Part shown: positions 33,469-44,613 of the stretch, one piece after another
Layout of the letters: each line of letters opens with the position of its first letter
Position numbering within the stretch: position 1 is the first letter of the stretch
Source: Candidatus Edwardsbacteria bacterium
Lineage (GTDB): Bacteria > Edwardsbacteria > AC1 > EtOH8
Assembly (NCBI GenBank): GCA_020053305.1
Contig: JAGVNJ010000050.1
Span: 368-64,367 of the forward strand
Direction of reading: 5' to 3'
DNA: 64,000 bases
Translations under genes and position numbers: made by a program
Notes under the pieces: generated by a model
Told to the model about the DNA's origin: nothing
The model's database searches: none
The model's input: only the letters and a program-made list of their open reading frames with translations

Positions 33469-34614
33469 ATGGCGGAGAGACACCTTTTGACTTCCGAGTC
33501 GGTGACCGAAGGACATCCCGATAAGATGTGCGACCAGGTATCGGATGCGATACTGGACGCCATCCTGGACCAGGATATAAACGGCCGGGTGGCCTGCGAG
33601 ACCCTGGTGACCACCGGGATGGTGCTGGTGGCCGGGGAGATTTCGACCAACTGCTACATCGACATCCCGCGGCTGGTCCGGGAGACCATCAAGGATATCG
33701 GCTATACCGACGCCAAGAGCGGGTTCGATTACGAAACCTGCGCGGTGGTGACCTCCATCCAGGAGCAGTCCTGCGACATTGCCATGGGGGTGGATACCGG
33801 CGGGGCCGGCGACCAGGGGATGATGTTCGGCTATGCCTGCAACGAGACCCCGGAGCTGATGCCGATGCCCATCAGCCTGGCCCACAAACTCTGCAAGAGG
33901 CTGTCCGAGGTCCGCAAAAAGGGCACCATGGATTACCTGCGCCCCGACGGCAAGTCCCAGGTGACCATCGAATACGTCAACGGCCTGCCCAAGAGGGTTG
34001 ACACCATCGTGGTCTCCACCCAGCATGATGCCAATGTCTCCGAGGACAAGGTCAAGCGGGATATCGTCAAGCATGTCATCAACCGGGTGGTGGACGGCAA
34101 GATGATGGACGACCGGACCAAGATCATGGTCAATCCCACCGGACGGTTCGTGATCGGCGGGCCCCAGGGCGACACCGGACTGACCGGGCGTAAGATCATC
34201 GTCGACACCTACGGAGGCATCGGACGCCACGGCGGCGGCTGCTTCTCGGGCAAGGATCCCACCAAGGTGGACCGCAGCGCGGCCTATGCCGCCAGGTATA
34301 TCGCCAAGAACATCGTGGCCGCCGGCCTGGCCCAGCGCTGCGAGATCCAACTGGCCTACGCCATCGGGGTGGCCGAGCCGGTGTCCATCATGGTGGACAC
34401 CTACGGCACCGGCAAGGTGGAGGATGCCAAGCTGACCAAGCTGATCCGGCAGTACTTCGACCTGACCCCCCACGGGATCATCACCATGCTCAAACTGCGC
34501 CAGCCCATATACCGCAAAACCGCCGCCTACGGCCATTTCGGCCGGGAGGAGGAGGGCTTCCCCTGGGAGAAGACCGACGTATCCGACAAACTGAAATCCG
34601 CAGCCAAGAAATAA
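33469..34614 (+). CDS. metK: S-adenosylmethionine synthetase
   Basis: [26 protein letters not shown]. Confidence 0.97.
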   Translation: MAERHLLTSESVTEGHPDKMCDQVSDAILDAILDQDINGRVACETLVTTGMVLVAGEISTNCYIDIPRLVRETIKDIGYTDAKSGFDYETCAVVTSIQEQSCDIAMGVDTGGAGDQGMMFGYACNETPELMPMPISLAHKLCKRLSEVRKKGTMDYLRPDGKSQVTIEYVNGLPKRVDTIVVSTQHDANVSEDKVKRDIVKHVINRVVDGKMMDDRTKIMVNPTGRFVIGGPQGDTGLTGRKIIVDTYGGIGRHGGGCFSGKDPTKVDRSAAYAARYIAKNIVAAGLAQRCEIQLAYAIGVAEPVSIMVDTYGTGKVEDAKLTKLIRQYFDLTPHGIITMLKLRQPIYRKTAAYGHFGREEEGFPWEKTDVSDKLKSAAKK

Positions 34615-34627
34615 TTAGGAGAAATAA

Positions 34628-35884
<1,257 letters not shown>

Positions 35885-35901
35885 AAAATATTTATCAAGC
35901 A

Positions 35902-35934
35902 GAATGCCTGACGGGTGAAGCCCGTCAGGCATTC
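35902..35934. terminator. Stem-loop between convergent ahcY and lptG
   Basis: gaatgcctgacggg-tgaag-cccgtcaggcattc 14-bp stem; weak U tail. Confidence 0.6.
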
Positions 35935-36068
35935 CATAAAAACAAGCCGGAGTATATTTAACGACCGATCAACGTAAGCGGTAACCACCGGGAAACTTTG
36001 TTAATCTGGCCCCCCATGACAATTGATTGTCCGGGGGCGGTGGTTATTGCTGGGCAGGATCGGTCTTT

Positions 36069-37157
36069 TTATTTGGGAGCCCGGTAGAGCAGGAAGGCTC
36101 CTATGGCCCCGAATATAATGTTGGGCAGCCAGGCCGCCAGGACGGGCGAAAGCATGGCGCTGTGCCCCAGGGCTCGTCCGGTCTGCAGCAGCCCCCAAAA
36201 AACAAAGCAGGTCAACAACGATATGGCAAAGCCCGAGGCCGTGCTGCCTTTGCGCGAATTGGACAGCAGGGGAAGGCCGAACAGCAGGATGATGAAATTG
36301 GCGAAGGGGAATGATAACTTGAGATACAGGTCCACCATTGATTGCTGGACCTGGTTGCCGGACCTCTTTAACCGGTCGATGAACTGGCGCAGCTCAAAGA
36401 AACCCATCTCATCGGGCAGCAGTTCGCGCTTGGAGAAGGAGGCCGGGGCCTCCTCATAGCCGGTGAGTTTTAATTGCTGAAGGCTGTCGGAAACCTCCGT
36501 TCCGTCGGGGCGGAAATTTCGGATTATGACCTTTTCCAGCAGCCAGGCGTCTCCGGTCCAGGCGCCTCTGACCGCGTCCACCCGCTGCAATATCCGGTTC
36601 TGCTGGTCGACCTGGAAAATGGAGACCGAGTCCATCACCGCTTTTTCCACGTTGTATCTTTTAATGAAGAACTGGCGGCCCTGGCTGCCGTCGTATAACA
36701 GGTTGAATCTGGTCTGGGGCTCCTGGGATAGTTGCTTCTTTATCCGGACCCTCTCCAGGCTGCCTTTTTTCTGGTTGGTGAACGGGACGATGGTTTCGCC
36801 GGCCGCCATCACCGCCAGGCTTATCAGCAGGCCCAGTATGAACAGGGGGGCGAATATCCGATAGAGGCTCAGCCCGGCGGCTTTCATGGCCACGATCTCG
36901 TGATGGCGGGCCATCTGGCTGATGGTGGCCATGCTGGCCAGCAGCATGGCCACCGGCAGGGTCAGGATCATTATGTAGGGTATCTGATAGATGTAAAACA
37001 GGGCCACCAGATGATAGGGCACCCGGTGGTCGATGAACATATCCAGCTTTTCGAAGATATCCACCAGGACGAAGATCAGCACAAAGGCGGTCTGCGAAAA
37101 GATCAGCGATTTCAGGAATTCCCGGGAGAGGTATTTATCCAGTATTTTTATCGGCAT
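36069..37157 (-). CDS. lptG: LPS export permease LptG
   Basis: ILDKYL, HEIVAMKAAGLS, KLSFPF, LAAWLPN. Confidence 0.88.
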   Translation of the reverse strand: MPIKILDKYLSREFLKSLIFSQTAFVLIFVLVDIFEKLDMFIDHRVPYHLVALFYIYQIPYIMILTLPVAMLLASMATISQMARHHEIVAMKAAGLSLYRIFAPLFILGLLISLAVMAAGETIVPFTNQKKGSLERVRIKKQLSQEPQTRFNLLYDGSQGRQFFIKRYNVEKAVMDSVSIFQVDQQNRILQRVDAVRGAWTGDAWLLEKVIIRNFRPDGTEVSDSLQQLKLTGYEEAPASFSKRELLPDEMGFFELRQFIDRLKRSGNQVQQSMVDLYLKLSFPFANFIILLFGLPLLSNSRKGSTASGFAISLLTCFVFWGLLQTGRALGHSAMLSPVLAAWLPNIIFGAIGAFLLYRAPK

Positions 37158-38367
37158 AACGGTTCTTTTTAAAGCTGAATTCATAATTCTTCCAGAACAG
37201 CAGGATCAGGCCGCAGATTCCCAGCACCATGTTGGCGGCCCACATGGCCAGCACCGGGGAAAGGATCTGCCGGTCGGCCAGCTCCTCGCCGCCGATCAGG
37301 GCTATATAATACAGGACAAAGAATCCCAGCGACAGCCCGAAGCTGACCCCCAGGTTGCCCTTGCGGGTGATGATGCCCAGGGGGGCCCCGATCAGGATGA
37401 ATACCAGGCAGGCCGCTGGGATGGCCATCTTCTTCTGGATCTCCACCTGATAGCGCCTGATCTCCGATACCCGGTTGTGGACCTCGGAGGAAAGCTGGCT
37501 CAAACGGGGTGGGGGGAGGCTGGAGCTGTCGGCCAGCTGGGCCTGTAGGGGCTTCAGCTCGGTCCGGATATTGGCGATCACCAGTTTCATCATGGCCGAG
37601 GACATCTCCCGGTCGCTGCGGTAGGTCCGCACCTGATGCTGGATCTGGGGGTCCATCGGCAGGTATAAAATATGTTTTTTGAAACTGATGCGGTGGTAGC
37701 GGGTCTTGTCCTCCGGGTCCAATTGGTGGATCTCCCCGTTCATCAGTTCCAGCTTCAGCGAGGCGGCTTGGGGGGTCACCATCAGCCGACCCTTGGATGC
37801 CAGGATGGTCCGGGGCTGGGAGTTGCCCTTCTGCTCGTAGATGGTTATATTGCCCAGCTCCGAGGTCTTGGGGTCGATCCGCCGGATCAGAATATTATAG
37901 TCGGGAAAGTCGGTGATGAAGATGTTCTCCTTGAGCTGCAGGGTGGGCTTGGTCTCGGAGATGTCCATCAGCAGATTTTTGACCATATGGTTGGTCTCGG
38001 GCATCAGGCGGTCGTTGAATAAATACAGCCCGGCGGTCAGGATGATCCCGGCCAGGAAGGGAGCAATGATAAGCCTGATGAAAGGGGTCCCGCTGGACCG
38101 GATGGCCGTCAGCTCGTTGTCCTGGGCCAGCCGCCCGTAATTCATGATTACCGCCACCAGCACCGCCATGGGGACGGTCATGGTCAGCATGTAGGGGAGG
38201 CTCAGAAAAAATACCTTACTGACTATCAGGATCGGCACTTTTTTCTGGATGATCATATTGATAAGCTCGAACAGCCGGTCCATCAGCAGAACGAAGGTCA
38301 GCACCGTCAGGGCCAGAAAAAACGGAAGGGCATGGCCCTTTATCAGGTAGCGGTCGATTATCTTCAT
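37135..38367 (-). CDS. lptF: LPS export permease LptF
   Basis: IIDRYL, NELTAIRSSG, KKMAIPAAC, AMWAAN. Confidence 0.88.
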   Translation of the reverse strand: MKIIDRYLIKGHALPFFLALTVLTFVLLMDRLFELINMIIQKKVPILIVSKVFFLSLPYMLTMTVPMAVLVAVIMNYGRLAQDNELTAIRSSGTPFIRLIIAPFLAGIILTAGLYLFNDRLMPETNHMVKNLLMDISETKPTLQLKENIFITDFPDYNILIRRIDPKTSELGNITIYEQKGNSQPRTILASKGRLMVTPQAASLKLELMNGEIHQLDPEDKTRYHRISFKKHILYLPMDPQIQHQVRTYRSDREMSSAMMKLVIANIRTELKPLQAQLADSSSLPPPRLSQLSSEVHNRVSEIRRYQVEIQKKMAIPAACLVFILIGAPLGIITRKGNLGVSFGLSLGFFVLYYIALIGGEELADRQILSPVLAMWAANMVLGICGLILLFWKNYEFSFKKNRYADKNTG

Positions 38368-38451
38368 AGGTCTGTAATGTTATCCGGTATTGGCATAAAA
38401 AGCAAGAATTTTTTATTGAAGTTGTAACATAAGCTGTGATAAACTAACCAT

Positions 38452-41400
38452 ATGCTCCATAGAAAATCCAAAATATATTCGTTGTCTTTGGCTCTGATCC
38501 TGACGGCGTCGGCGCTGGACATCGCCGGGAAGGCCCGGGCCCAGGAATTCGGACCATTGGAGGATATCACGGCGGATTACAATGCCGAGAGCTTCCGGAA
38601 AAACGTCAGGACCGCCAGCTACAGCATAGACCACCGGCTGGGGCTGATGATAGAGCAGGAGCTGGTTTCCCAGCTGAGCTTTGGGGTCAGGTATTACAGC
38701 CTGCCCGCCTTTTTGGAAAAACTGCGAATCGAGGGTACGGACAGCGCCTGGGCGAGGAACAATCATGCCTTCTTGTCAAAGCCGCCTCAGGAGAGGACCG
38801 GGGAGGGGCTGATCCCCGACATCCAGATACCCATCCCGGGGCTGGGCAGGGCCTTCGGCTCCGGGGCCCAGATAAAGGTCAGCGGCAACCAGAAGATAAC
38901 CGCCGGATACGACCGGACCACCTACAACCAGATCGGCCGGGACCTGGACGCCAATGCCACAACCGATGACGACCGGATAAACATCAAGCAGGCGCAACGA
39001 GTGAATCTGGAGGGGGTGATCGGCGACCGGGTGCATGTGCTGATAGATTACGACAGCGAGGCCGATCCTGACAAACGTAGCAAGGTCCGCCTGCGATATG
39101 AAGGCCAGGAGGACGAGATCCTGCAGAGCCTGGAGGCTGGGGACACCGAATTTTCCCTAAGCGGCTCCTCTCTGGTGGGCGGGCTGACCACGGTCCACAA
39201 GGGCCTGTTCGGGCTTAAGGGGGTGGCCCGGCTGGGGGGCTTCGAGCTGACGGCCATCGCCAGCAAGGACGAGGGCCAGAGCCAGACCAGCTCGTTCGAC
39301 GGCTCGAATGTAACCTCCTCCGTCACCCACCTGGACAATGAATTCATGCAGTATACGGTATACGAGATCATCCCCGGCGGGCTATTGGGCGATACCATCG
39401 AGGCCATAAAGGTCTATATCAAGAATGATCATGTCACCCCCAATGCCGCCGCCCATTACCTGAAGGACCGGAGCTGGCGGGATTTCAGGGGAATTCCCCG
39501 GGATACGATTTACGGCCCGGTTAGAATGGATGTCAAGACCGAGATCACCGATTTCATCCTGGACGATGCCGTAACCGGCCGGATAATTCTGGCCGCCGGC
39601 ATCTACGATCAATCGGTGCTGGGGGTGGCCTATAAGACCAAAAAAGGCGGCTATTATCCCAGCAAATATAATTTCGACAACTCGGATACCCTGATGCTGG
39701 TGAAGCCGGCCAACTGCCAGCCCGCCGATACCATAAACGGCTATTGCTGGAATTATGAAAAAAGAAATTATTATTCCTTGAACGGCCGGGGCATTGATTT
39801 CTCCACCCTGACCATAAAGCTGCAATACCGCAAAGAGAATGAATGGGTGGATAATGATTCGGCCAGCCAGAAGACCTTCCTGGAACTGCTGGGCCTGGAG
39901 AATGCCGGGGCCCTGTATGATAATTATATCAACCAGGAGGAGGGCTATTATTTCTTCCCCCAGGCTCAGCCGTTCCTGTCCCCGGCTCTGCCTGACAGCT
40001 GTCCTGACATCTACCGGGTGAAGAATCTGACCAATTATTCCGCCAAATACCGCTTTATCATCACCTACAAATCCACCGTGGCGATGTATCCCCTGAACGC
40101 CCCGGGGCGCCTGCTGGAGGGCACGGTCAGCGTCACCCTGGACGGATCACCGGTCTCGTCCGGCGAATATACGGTGGATTACGAGATGGGGACGGTCACC
40201 TTCAACGACCGGATCAAAAACATACTGCAGAGCAATGCCGCCCTTAAGATAGATTATCAATACCTGCCAGCGTTCGCTTTGGGGTCCAAGACCCTGGCCG
40301 GCCTGAGGGGCATCTATAAATTCGGGGAGAGCGGCCAGCTGGGCGGCACCTGGCTGTACCGCAGCGAGCAGACCCCGGACGAAAAGCCCCGGCTGGGCGA
40401 GGAACCCCGCCGGATAATCGTGGCCGGGCTGGACGGGAGCTACCAGGCCGCCCCCGATTTTCTCACCAGCTGGACCAATGCCCTGCCGCTGGTGGAGACC
40501 GAGGCCCCGTCCAACTTCAAGCTGACCGGCGAGGTGGCCGGAAATTTCCCCAACCCCAATACCAAGGGCCAGGTGTACATAGACGATATGGACGGCAGCA
40601 AGGTGTCCGACGAGTTCAACCTGAGCCGCTCGGCCTGGGTGCGCTCCAGCGTCCCTCCGGGCAAGACCGATACCCTGCTGGCCAAAACATTTTATTGGTA
40701 CAACCCCACCACCCAGGTCACCATGAAAGAGATCAATCCCGCCATCACCGATGAGACCCAGAAGAACGAAACCATCAGAACATTATTTTTTAAGTATGAA
40801 TCCGGACATCAGGACTCCTTGAACTCCTGGGCCGGGGTCACCCAGCTGATAAGCAAGACCGGGCTTGATTTAAGCCAGAGCAAACTGCTTAACCTCTGGA
40901 TAAGGGGCACTAAAGGGATCGTCCACATAGATATCGGGCGGAATATTGACGAGGATCAGGTATGGTGGACCAAGAAGGGTCTGCACCCGCAAAATAAAAA
41001 AGTGGACTGCGAGCCCTTGAACCTCAACCGGGAGCCGGTCTATACCGATAACACCGACATCGGCCTGGACCGGGTAAGGGGGAATGACAGCACTTATTCA
41101 TCCGCGTCAAGCGAAGACGGGACCGACGATTATGTTGTTGACGTAAATAAACCCGACTACAGTAAAATAAACGGAACCGAGCGCAACGGCTATTACGACA
41201 CCGAGGACCTTAAGATGAACGGCCTGGATTCGATGGATGTGCCCCAGCTGGGCAATAATTATTACACCTTCCGTTTCGATCTCTCCCAAAGCCCGGCCAA
41301 TCAATACGGCTGGCGCCAGCTGTCGGCTTTGCTGGATACCGCCCAGCCGGTGGGGCCCCAGCTGGGCTGGAGCTCCATTCAGTATGCCCGGATCTGGGTG

Positions 41401-44091
41401 GACAGCTGTCCGGTCAACAGCACCGCTTTTGAGATTGCCATGATAGAGGTCAGCGGCAACCGCTGGCAGGAGGAGGGGGTGTTTTCCAACGACACCCTCG
41501 ATGCCGCCGATCCCTCCGAAAAGTTCACCATAGAGGTGAAAAACAACCGGGATAATTCCGATTATACCCTGCCCCCCAATACCGAACAGAAGGACGATCA
41601 GGGAAGGGTGGAGTTCGAGCAGAGCCTGGTTTTCAATATCGACAGCCTGCGCTCCGGGCATTACGTCAAAGCCGGAAAGATACTGCGGGGCAGGGAGAAT
41701 AATTATACCGGGTACGAAACACTGAAGATCTGGGCCCACAGCAACGACAGCACCAATGTCAAGAAATCATTCGCCCTGCGGCTGATCGGCAACGATCCCA
41801 ACAGCTACTACCAGTACAAACAAGCCCTGTATTCCGGCTGGCAGGAGATGACCATGGATATACTTAAGTTCAGCGACCTGAAAAAACTGCCCTTTCCCTC
41901 CGACACCACCGACAAGATCAGAGCCAGCGGCAACTACTCCCTGAAGGGGAATCCCAGCCTGAAGGAGCTTAACGGAATCGCTTTGTGCGTTTTCAACGAC
42001 GACACCGGCCGGATATTCAGCGACGAGGTCTGGTTCGACGAACTGCGGCTGGACGATGTCCGCCGGGACCGGGGCACCGCCATCGCCTCCAGCGCCTCGA
42101 TTAACTTTGCCGATCTGCTATCGCTCAATGCTTCATACAATAAGATCGGAAGCCACTGGTACGGGATCAATACCGACGGCACCGGCTCCGGGGTCAAGAG
42201 TATTAGCTATAACTTCAGCGGCAGTTTCAACGCCCACAAACTTTACCTGGAACGGCTGGGTTTAACCCTTCCCATCGGCTTCCGATACGGCGAATCACAA
42301 CAGTTCAGCGAATACGGGGCCGACGATATCAGGCTTACCGAGGAGGAGAGCCGGGCCCAGATGGCCCTCTCCCAGAATGCCGGGTTTGACGTCTCCTTCT
42401 CCAAGAGTATGACCCAATGGTGGCTGACCAACCTTACCATAGACCGAATATCCCCCCGGTTCACCTGGAGCCGCAGCGTCACCGACAGCCGGACGACGGC
42501 TGACAGCAGCACCAGAACCGATCTGAGTTTGGGTTACGGCTGGAGCGCCGGAGGAAAAAGATCCTTCAAGACCTGGCCGGGATTGCAATTTTATTATCTG
42601 CCCAGTTCCTTCGGCCTGGGCTGGTCCCGCCAGCAGGAAAAAAGATGGTATTGGGACAAGCTCACCGGGGTGGAGAACAACAACGGCAGCAGGGATACCC
42701 GAAGCGGCCAGGGACAGCTCTCATGGCAGCTGATGAACTCCCTGAGTTACTCCTTCAACACTGCCAGAAATCTGAAGGACCGGTTCTTCCAGGGAGACTG
42801 GGCCAGAAGGTTCGACCTGGGGTCCGAGACCTCCCGTTCCCAGAGGGTGAACTACAGCACCACCCTTGACTGGCTGAAGGTCATCAAGCCCAGCCTGGCG
42901 TTCTCCACCCAGTACAGCGAGGGCCACAGCCTGGCCGCCAAGCCCAGCATCGTGGACACCTTCCACCTGCTGAATGTCAGCAATTCCAACAGCCTGTCCC
43001 TGAACAGCAGCCTGGCTGTGGGCAAATGGCTGGCCAAAGTAACCGGCTTGCGCAACAAGGCCAAGGACGATTCGTCCGAGGTGGGAACCCCCCGCTGGCT
43101 GGTGACAAAGCTTGACTACCTGTTCAACAAGCTGGGTGGGGTGCAGGCTTCTTACAGCCGCGATAACTCCAGCCAGGCCTCGAACCTGCTGATGAGGCGC
43201 CCCGATATGTTGTATCAGTTCGGCCTGAAGCAGCAGGCCACGGATATCCCCCGGTATTTCCAGGCCAGCCCCGACCGCAATACCATCCGCAATTCATATT
43301 CCCTGGGCACCAGCCTGGAGTTGATGAGGCTGTCGCTGAACCTTTCCTTCCGCCGCAGCGACGACACCACCATCGTGGGCGAGGCCCGGAACTCCAGCCG
43401 CAGCGTCACCTGGCCGGAGCTGAGGGCCACCCTGGCCGGCCTGGAGAGATGGGGCCTGTGGAAAAAGTCCCTGACCAGCGCCAGCCTGACCTCCTCCTAC
43501 AGCCGGACCATCGACAAGACCTGGGAGAACCAGAAGGCGCTGGTCAGGATCGCCACCAAGAATAATTTCACCCCGATACTTTCGATGTCCGGACGATGGA
43601 AGAAAAACATCAGCACCAGCCTGAATTTCGATTACAGCAGCCAGAAGAGCGACGATGTTATCGGTCAGGGGCGTGACACCTACAACCAGAACTTTAAAAC
43701 CAGCAGCTCCGTTTCCTATTCCTTCAGCGCCCCCAAGGGATTCAAGCTCAATCTGTGGAAGCTGGGCAAAAAGCGGATAAAATTCAACAGCGAGCTCAGC
43801 TTGACCTCACTGTTCAGCTATTCCATCATCGGCGCCAGGAATGCCATTCCGGAGGGGGAGGTTGCCGCCATGTGGGAGCTGGTCACCGAGACCGATTATG
43901 AAAAGATAACCGATCTGGGCTATACTTCGCTGGTCCACGAATTTGCCATGTCGCCCAGCGCAAAATACAATTTCACCCGGAGCATCACCGGGTCGGCCTC
44001 GGTTGACTACAGCTTCACCCACGACAAGATTGCCAAGAGCAACAACCGCAACCGAACGGCCTTCAACGCCTCGGTGGAGATCAAGTTTTAA
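38452..44091 (+). CDS. sprA: SprA-like large outer-membrane beta-barrel protein
   Basis: Signal peptide; LRYEGQEDEILQSLEAGD, GLFGLK, YTVDYEMG, KPRLGEEP, VYIDDMDG, VWFDELRL resemble SprA motifs; terminal Phe. Confidence 0.75.
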   Translation: MLHRKSKIYSLSLALILTASALDIAGKARAQEFGPLEDITADYNAESFRKNVRTASYSIDHRLGLMIEQELVSQLSFGVRYYSLPAFLEKLRIEGTDSAWARNNHAFLSKPPQERTGEGLIPDIQIPIPGLGRAFGSGAQIKVSGNQKITAGYDRTTYNQIGRDLDANATTDDDRINIKQAQRVNLEGVIGDRVHVLIDYDSEADPDKRSKVRLRYEGQEDEILQSLEAGDTEFSLSGSSLVGGLTTVHKGLFGLKGVARLGGFELTAIASKDEGQSQTSSFDGSNVTSSVTHLDNEFMQYTVYEIIPGGLLGDTIEAIKVYIKNDHVTPNAAAHYLKDRSWRDFRGIPRDTIYGPVRMDVKTEITDFILDDAVTGRIILAAGIYDQSVLGVAYKTKKGGYYPSKYNFDNSDTLMLVKPANCQPADTINGYCWNYEKRNYYSLNGRGIDFSTLTIKLQYRKENEWVDNDSASQKTFLELLGLENAGALYDNYINQEEGYYFFPQAQPFLSPALPDSCPDIYRVKNLTNYSAKYRFIITYKSTVAMYPLNAPGRLLEGTVSVTLDGSPVSSGEYTVDYEMGTVTFNDRIKNILQSNAALKIDYQYLPAFALGSKTLAGLRGIYKFGESGQLGGTWLYRSEQTPDEKPRLGEEPRRIIVAGLDGSYQAAPDFLTSWTNALPLVETEAPSNFKLTGEVAGNFPNPNTKGQVYIDDMDGSKVSDEFNLSRSAWVRSSVPPGKTDTLLAKTFYWYNPTTQVTMKEINPAITDETQKNETIRTLFFKYESGHQDSLNSWAGVTQLISKTGLDLSQSKLLNLWIRGTKGIVHIDIGRNIDEDQVWWTKKGLHPQNKKVDCEPLNLNREPVYTDNTDIGLDRVRGNDSTYSSASSEDGTDDYVVDVNKPDYSKINGTERNGYYDTEDLKMNGLDSMDVPQLGNNYYTFRFDLSQSPANQYGWRQLSALLDTAQPVGPQLGWSSIQYARIWVDSCPVNSTAFEIAMIEVSGNRWQEEGVFSNDTLDAADPSEKFTIEVKNNRDNSDYTLPPNTEQKDDQGRVEFEQSLVFNIDSLRSGHYVKAGKILRGRENNYTGYETLKIWAHSNDSTNVKKSFALRLIGNDPNSYYQYKQALYSGWQEMTMDILKFSDLKKLPFPSDTTDKIRASGNYSLKGNPSLKELNGIALCVFNDDTGRIFSDEVWFDELRLDDVRRDRGTAIASSASINFADLLSLNASYNKIGSHWYGINTDGTGSGVKSISYNFSGSFNAHKLYLERLGLTLPIGFRYGESQQFSEYGADDIRLTEEESRAQMALSQNAGFDVSFSKSMTQWWLTNLTIDRISPRFTWSRSVTDSRTTADSSTRTDLSLGYGWSAGGKRSFKTWPGLQFYYLPSSFGLGWSRQQEKRWYWDKLTGVENNNGSRDTRSGQGQLSWQLMNSLSYSFNTARNLKDRFFQGDWARRFDLGSETSRSQRVNYSTTLDWLKVIKPSLAFSTQYSEGHSLAAKPSIVDTFHLLNVSNSNSLSLNSSLAVGKWLAKVTGLRNKAKDDSSEVGTPRWLVTKLDYLFNKLGGVQASYSRDNSSQASNLLMRRPDMLYQFGLKQQATDIPRYFQASPDRNTIRNSYSLGTSLELMRLSLNLSFRRSDDTTIVGEARNSSRSVTWPELRATLAGLERWGLWKKSLTSASLTSSYSRTIDKTWENQKALVRIATKNNFTPILSMSGRWKKNISTSLNFDYSSQKSDDVIGQGRDTYNQNFKTSSSVSYSFSAPKGFKLNLWKLGKKRIKFNSELSLTSLFSYSIIGARNAIPEGEVAAMWELVTETDYEKITDLGYTSLVHEFAMSPSAKYNFTRSITGSASVDYSFTHDKIAKSNNRNRTAFNASVEIKF

Positions 44092-44111
44092 CGCTTGAAT
44101 TGGCGGGAGAG

Positions 44112-44534
44112 ATGTTTGGGTTGACCCCGGACGAAAAAAAAGTCATAATATTTTTTATTGCGGCCCTGGCGCTGGGCAATGCCGTACTGCTCTACAAGAA
44201 AATGCATCCGGACTCTGCCCCGGAGCTTAAATACGGCGGGCCGGAATTGCCCCGGGCCATCGAGCAGCCGGGGTCATTTCCGGCCGGCCCGGAAGCTGCG
44301 GCAAAAAATCAATGGCCGGTCAAAAAGCTCCCGGCCGGAAAGATAGACCTCAATCGGGCCGGCCCCCGGGACCTGCAGAGGCTGCCGGCCATCGGCCCGG
44401 CCATGGCCAAAAAAATAATTGATTTCAGGAAGGAATCAGGCGATTTCAAAAAAGTCGAGGACCTGATGAAGGTCAAGGGCATCGGCCATAAAAAATTCAA
44501 CCGGCTCCGGGAGCATGTCTTTGTAGACCATTAA
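44112..44534 (+). CDS. comEA: ComEA-family helix-hairpin-helix DNA-binding protein
   Basis: N-terminal TM; IDLNRA...LPAIGPAMA..I...F..VEDLMKVKGIG. Confidence 0.88.
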   Translation: MFGLTPDEKKVIIFFIAALALGNAVLLYKKMHPDSAPELKYGGPELPRAIEQPGSFPAGPEAAAKNQWPVKKLPAGKIDLNRAGPRDLQRLPAIGPAMAKKIIDFRKESGDFKKVEDLMKVKGIGHKKFNRLREHVFVDH

Positions 44535-44561
44535 GCGACATCATGTTAAAAGACAAATTGC

Positions 44562-44591
44562 TTGACATTTGCAACTTGCATATGCTATAGT
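44562..44591 (+). promoter_or_regulatory. Sigma70-type promoter upstream of pilB-1
   Basis: TTGACA-N18-TATAGT with extended TG. Confidence 0.55.
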
Positions 44592-44613
44592 ATTTCAAAT
44601 TGAGGGAGACGCT

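Noticed and set aside
38391-38405. tggcataaaaagc as a sigma54 promoter for sprA
   Set aside because: GG-GC spacing is 8, not the required 10
44569-44613. Longer TTG-started N-terminus for PilB-1
   Set aside because: Overlaps the promoter; ATG 44614 has an RBS and aligns with the paralogue starts
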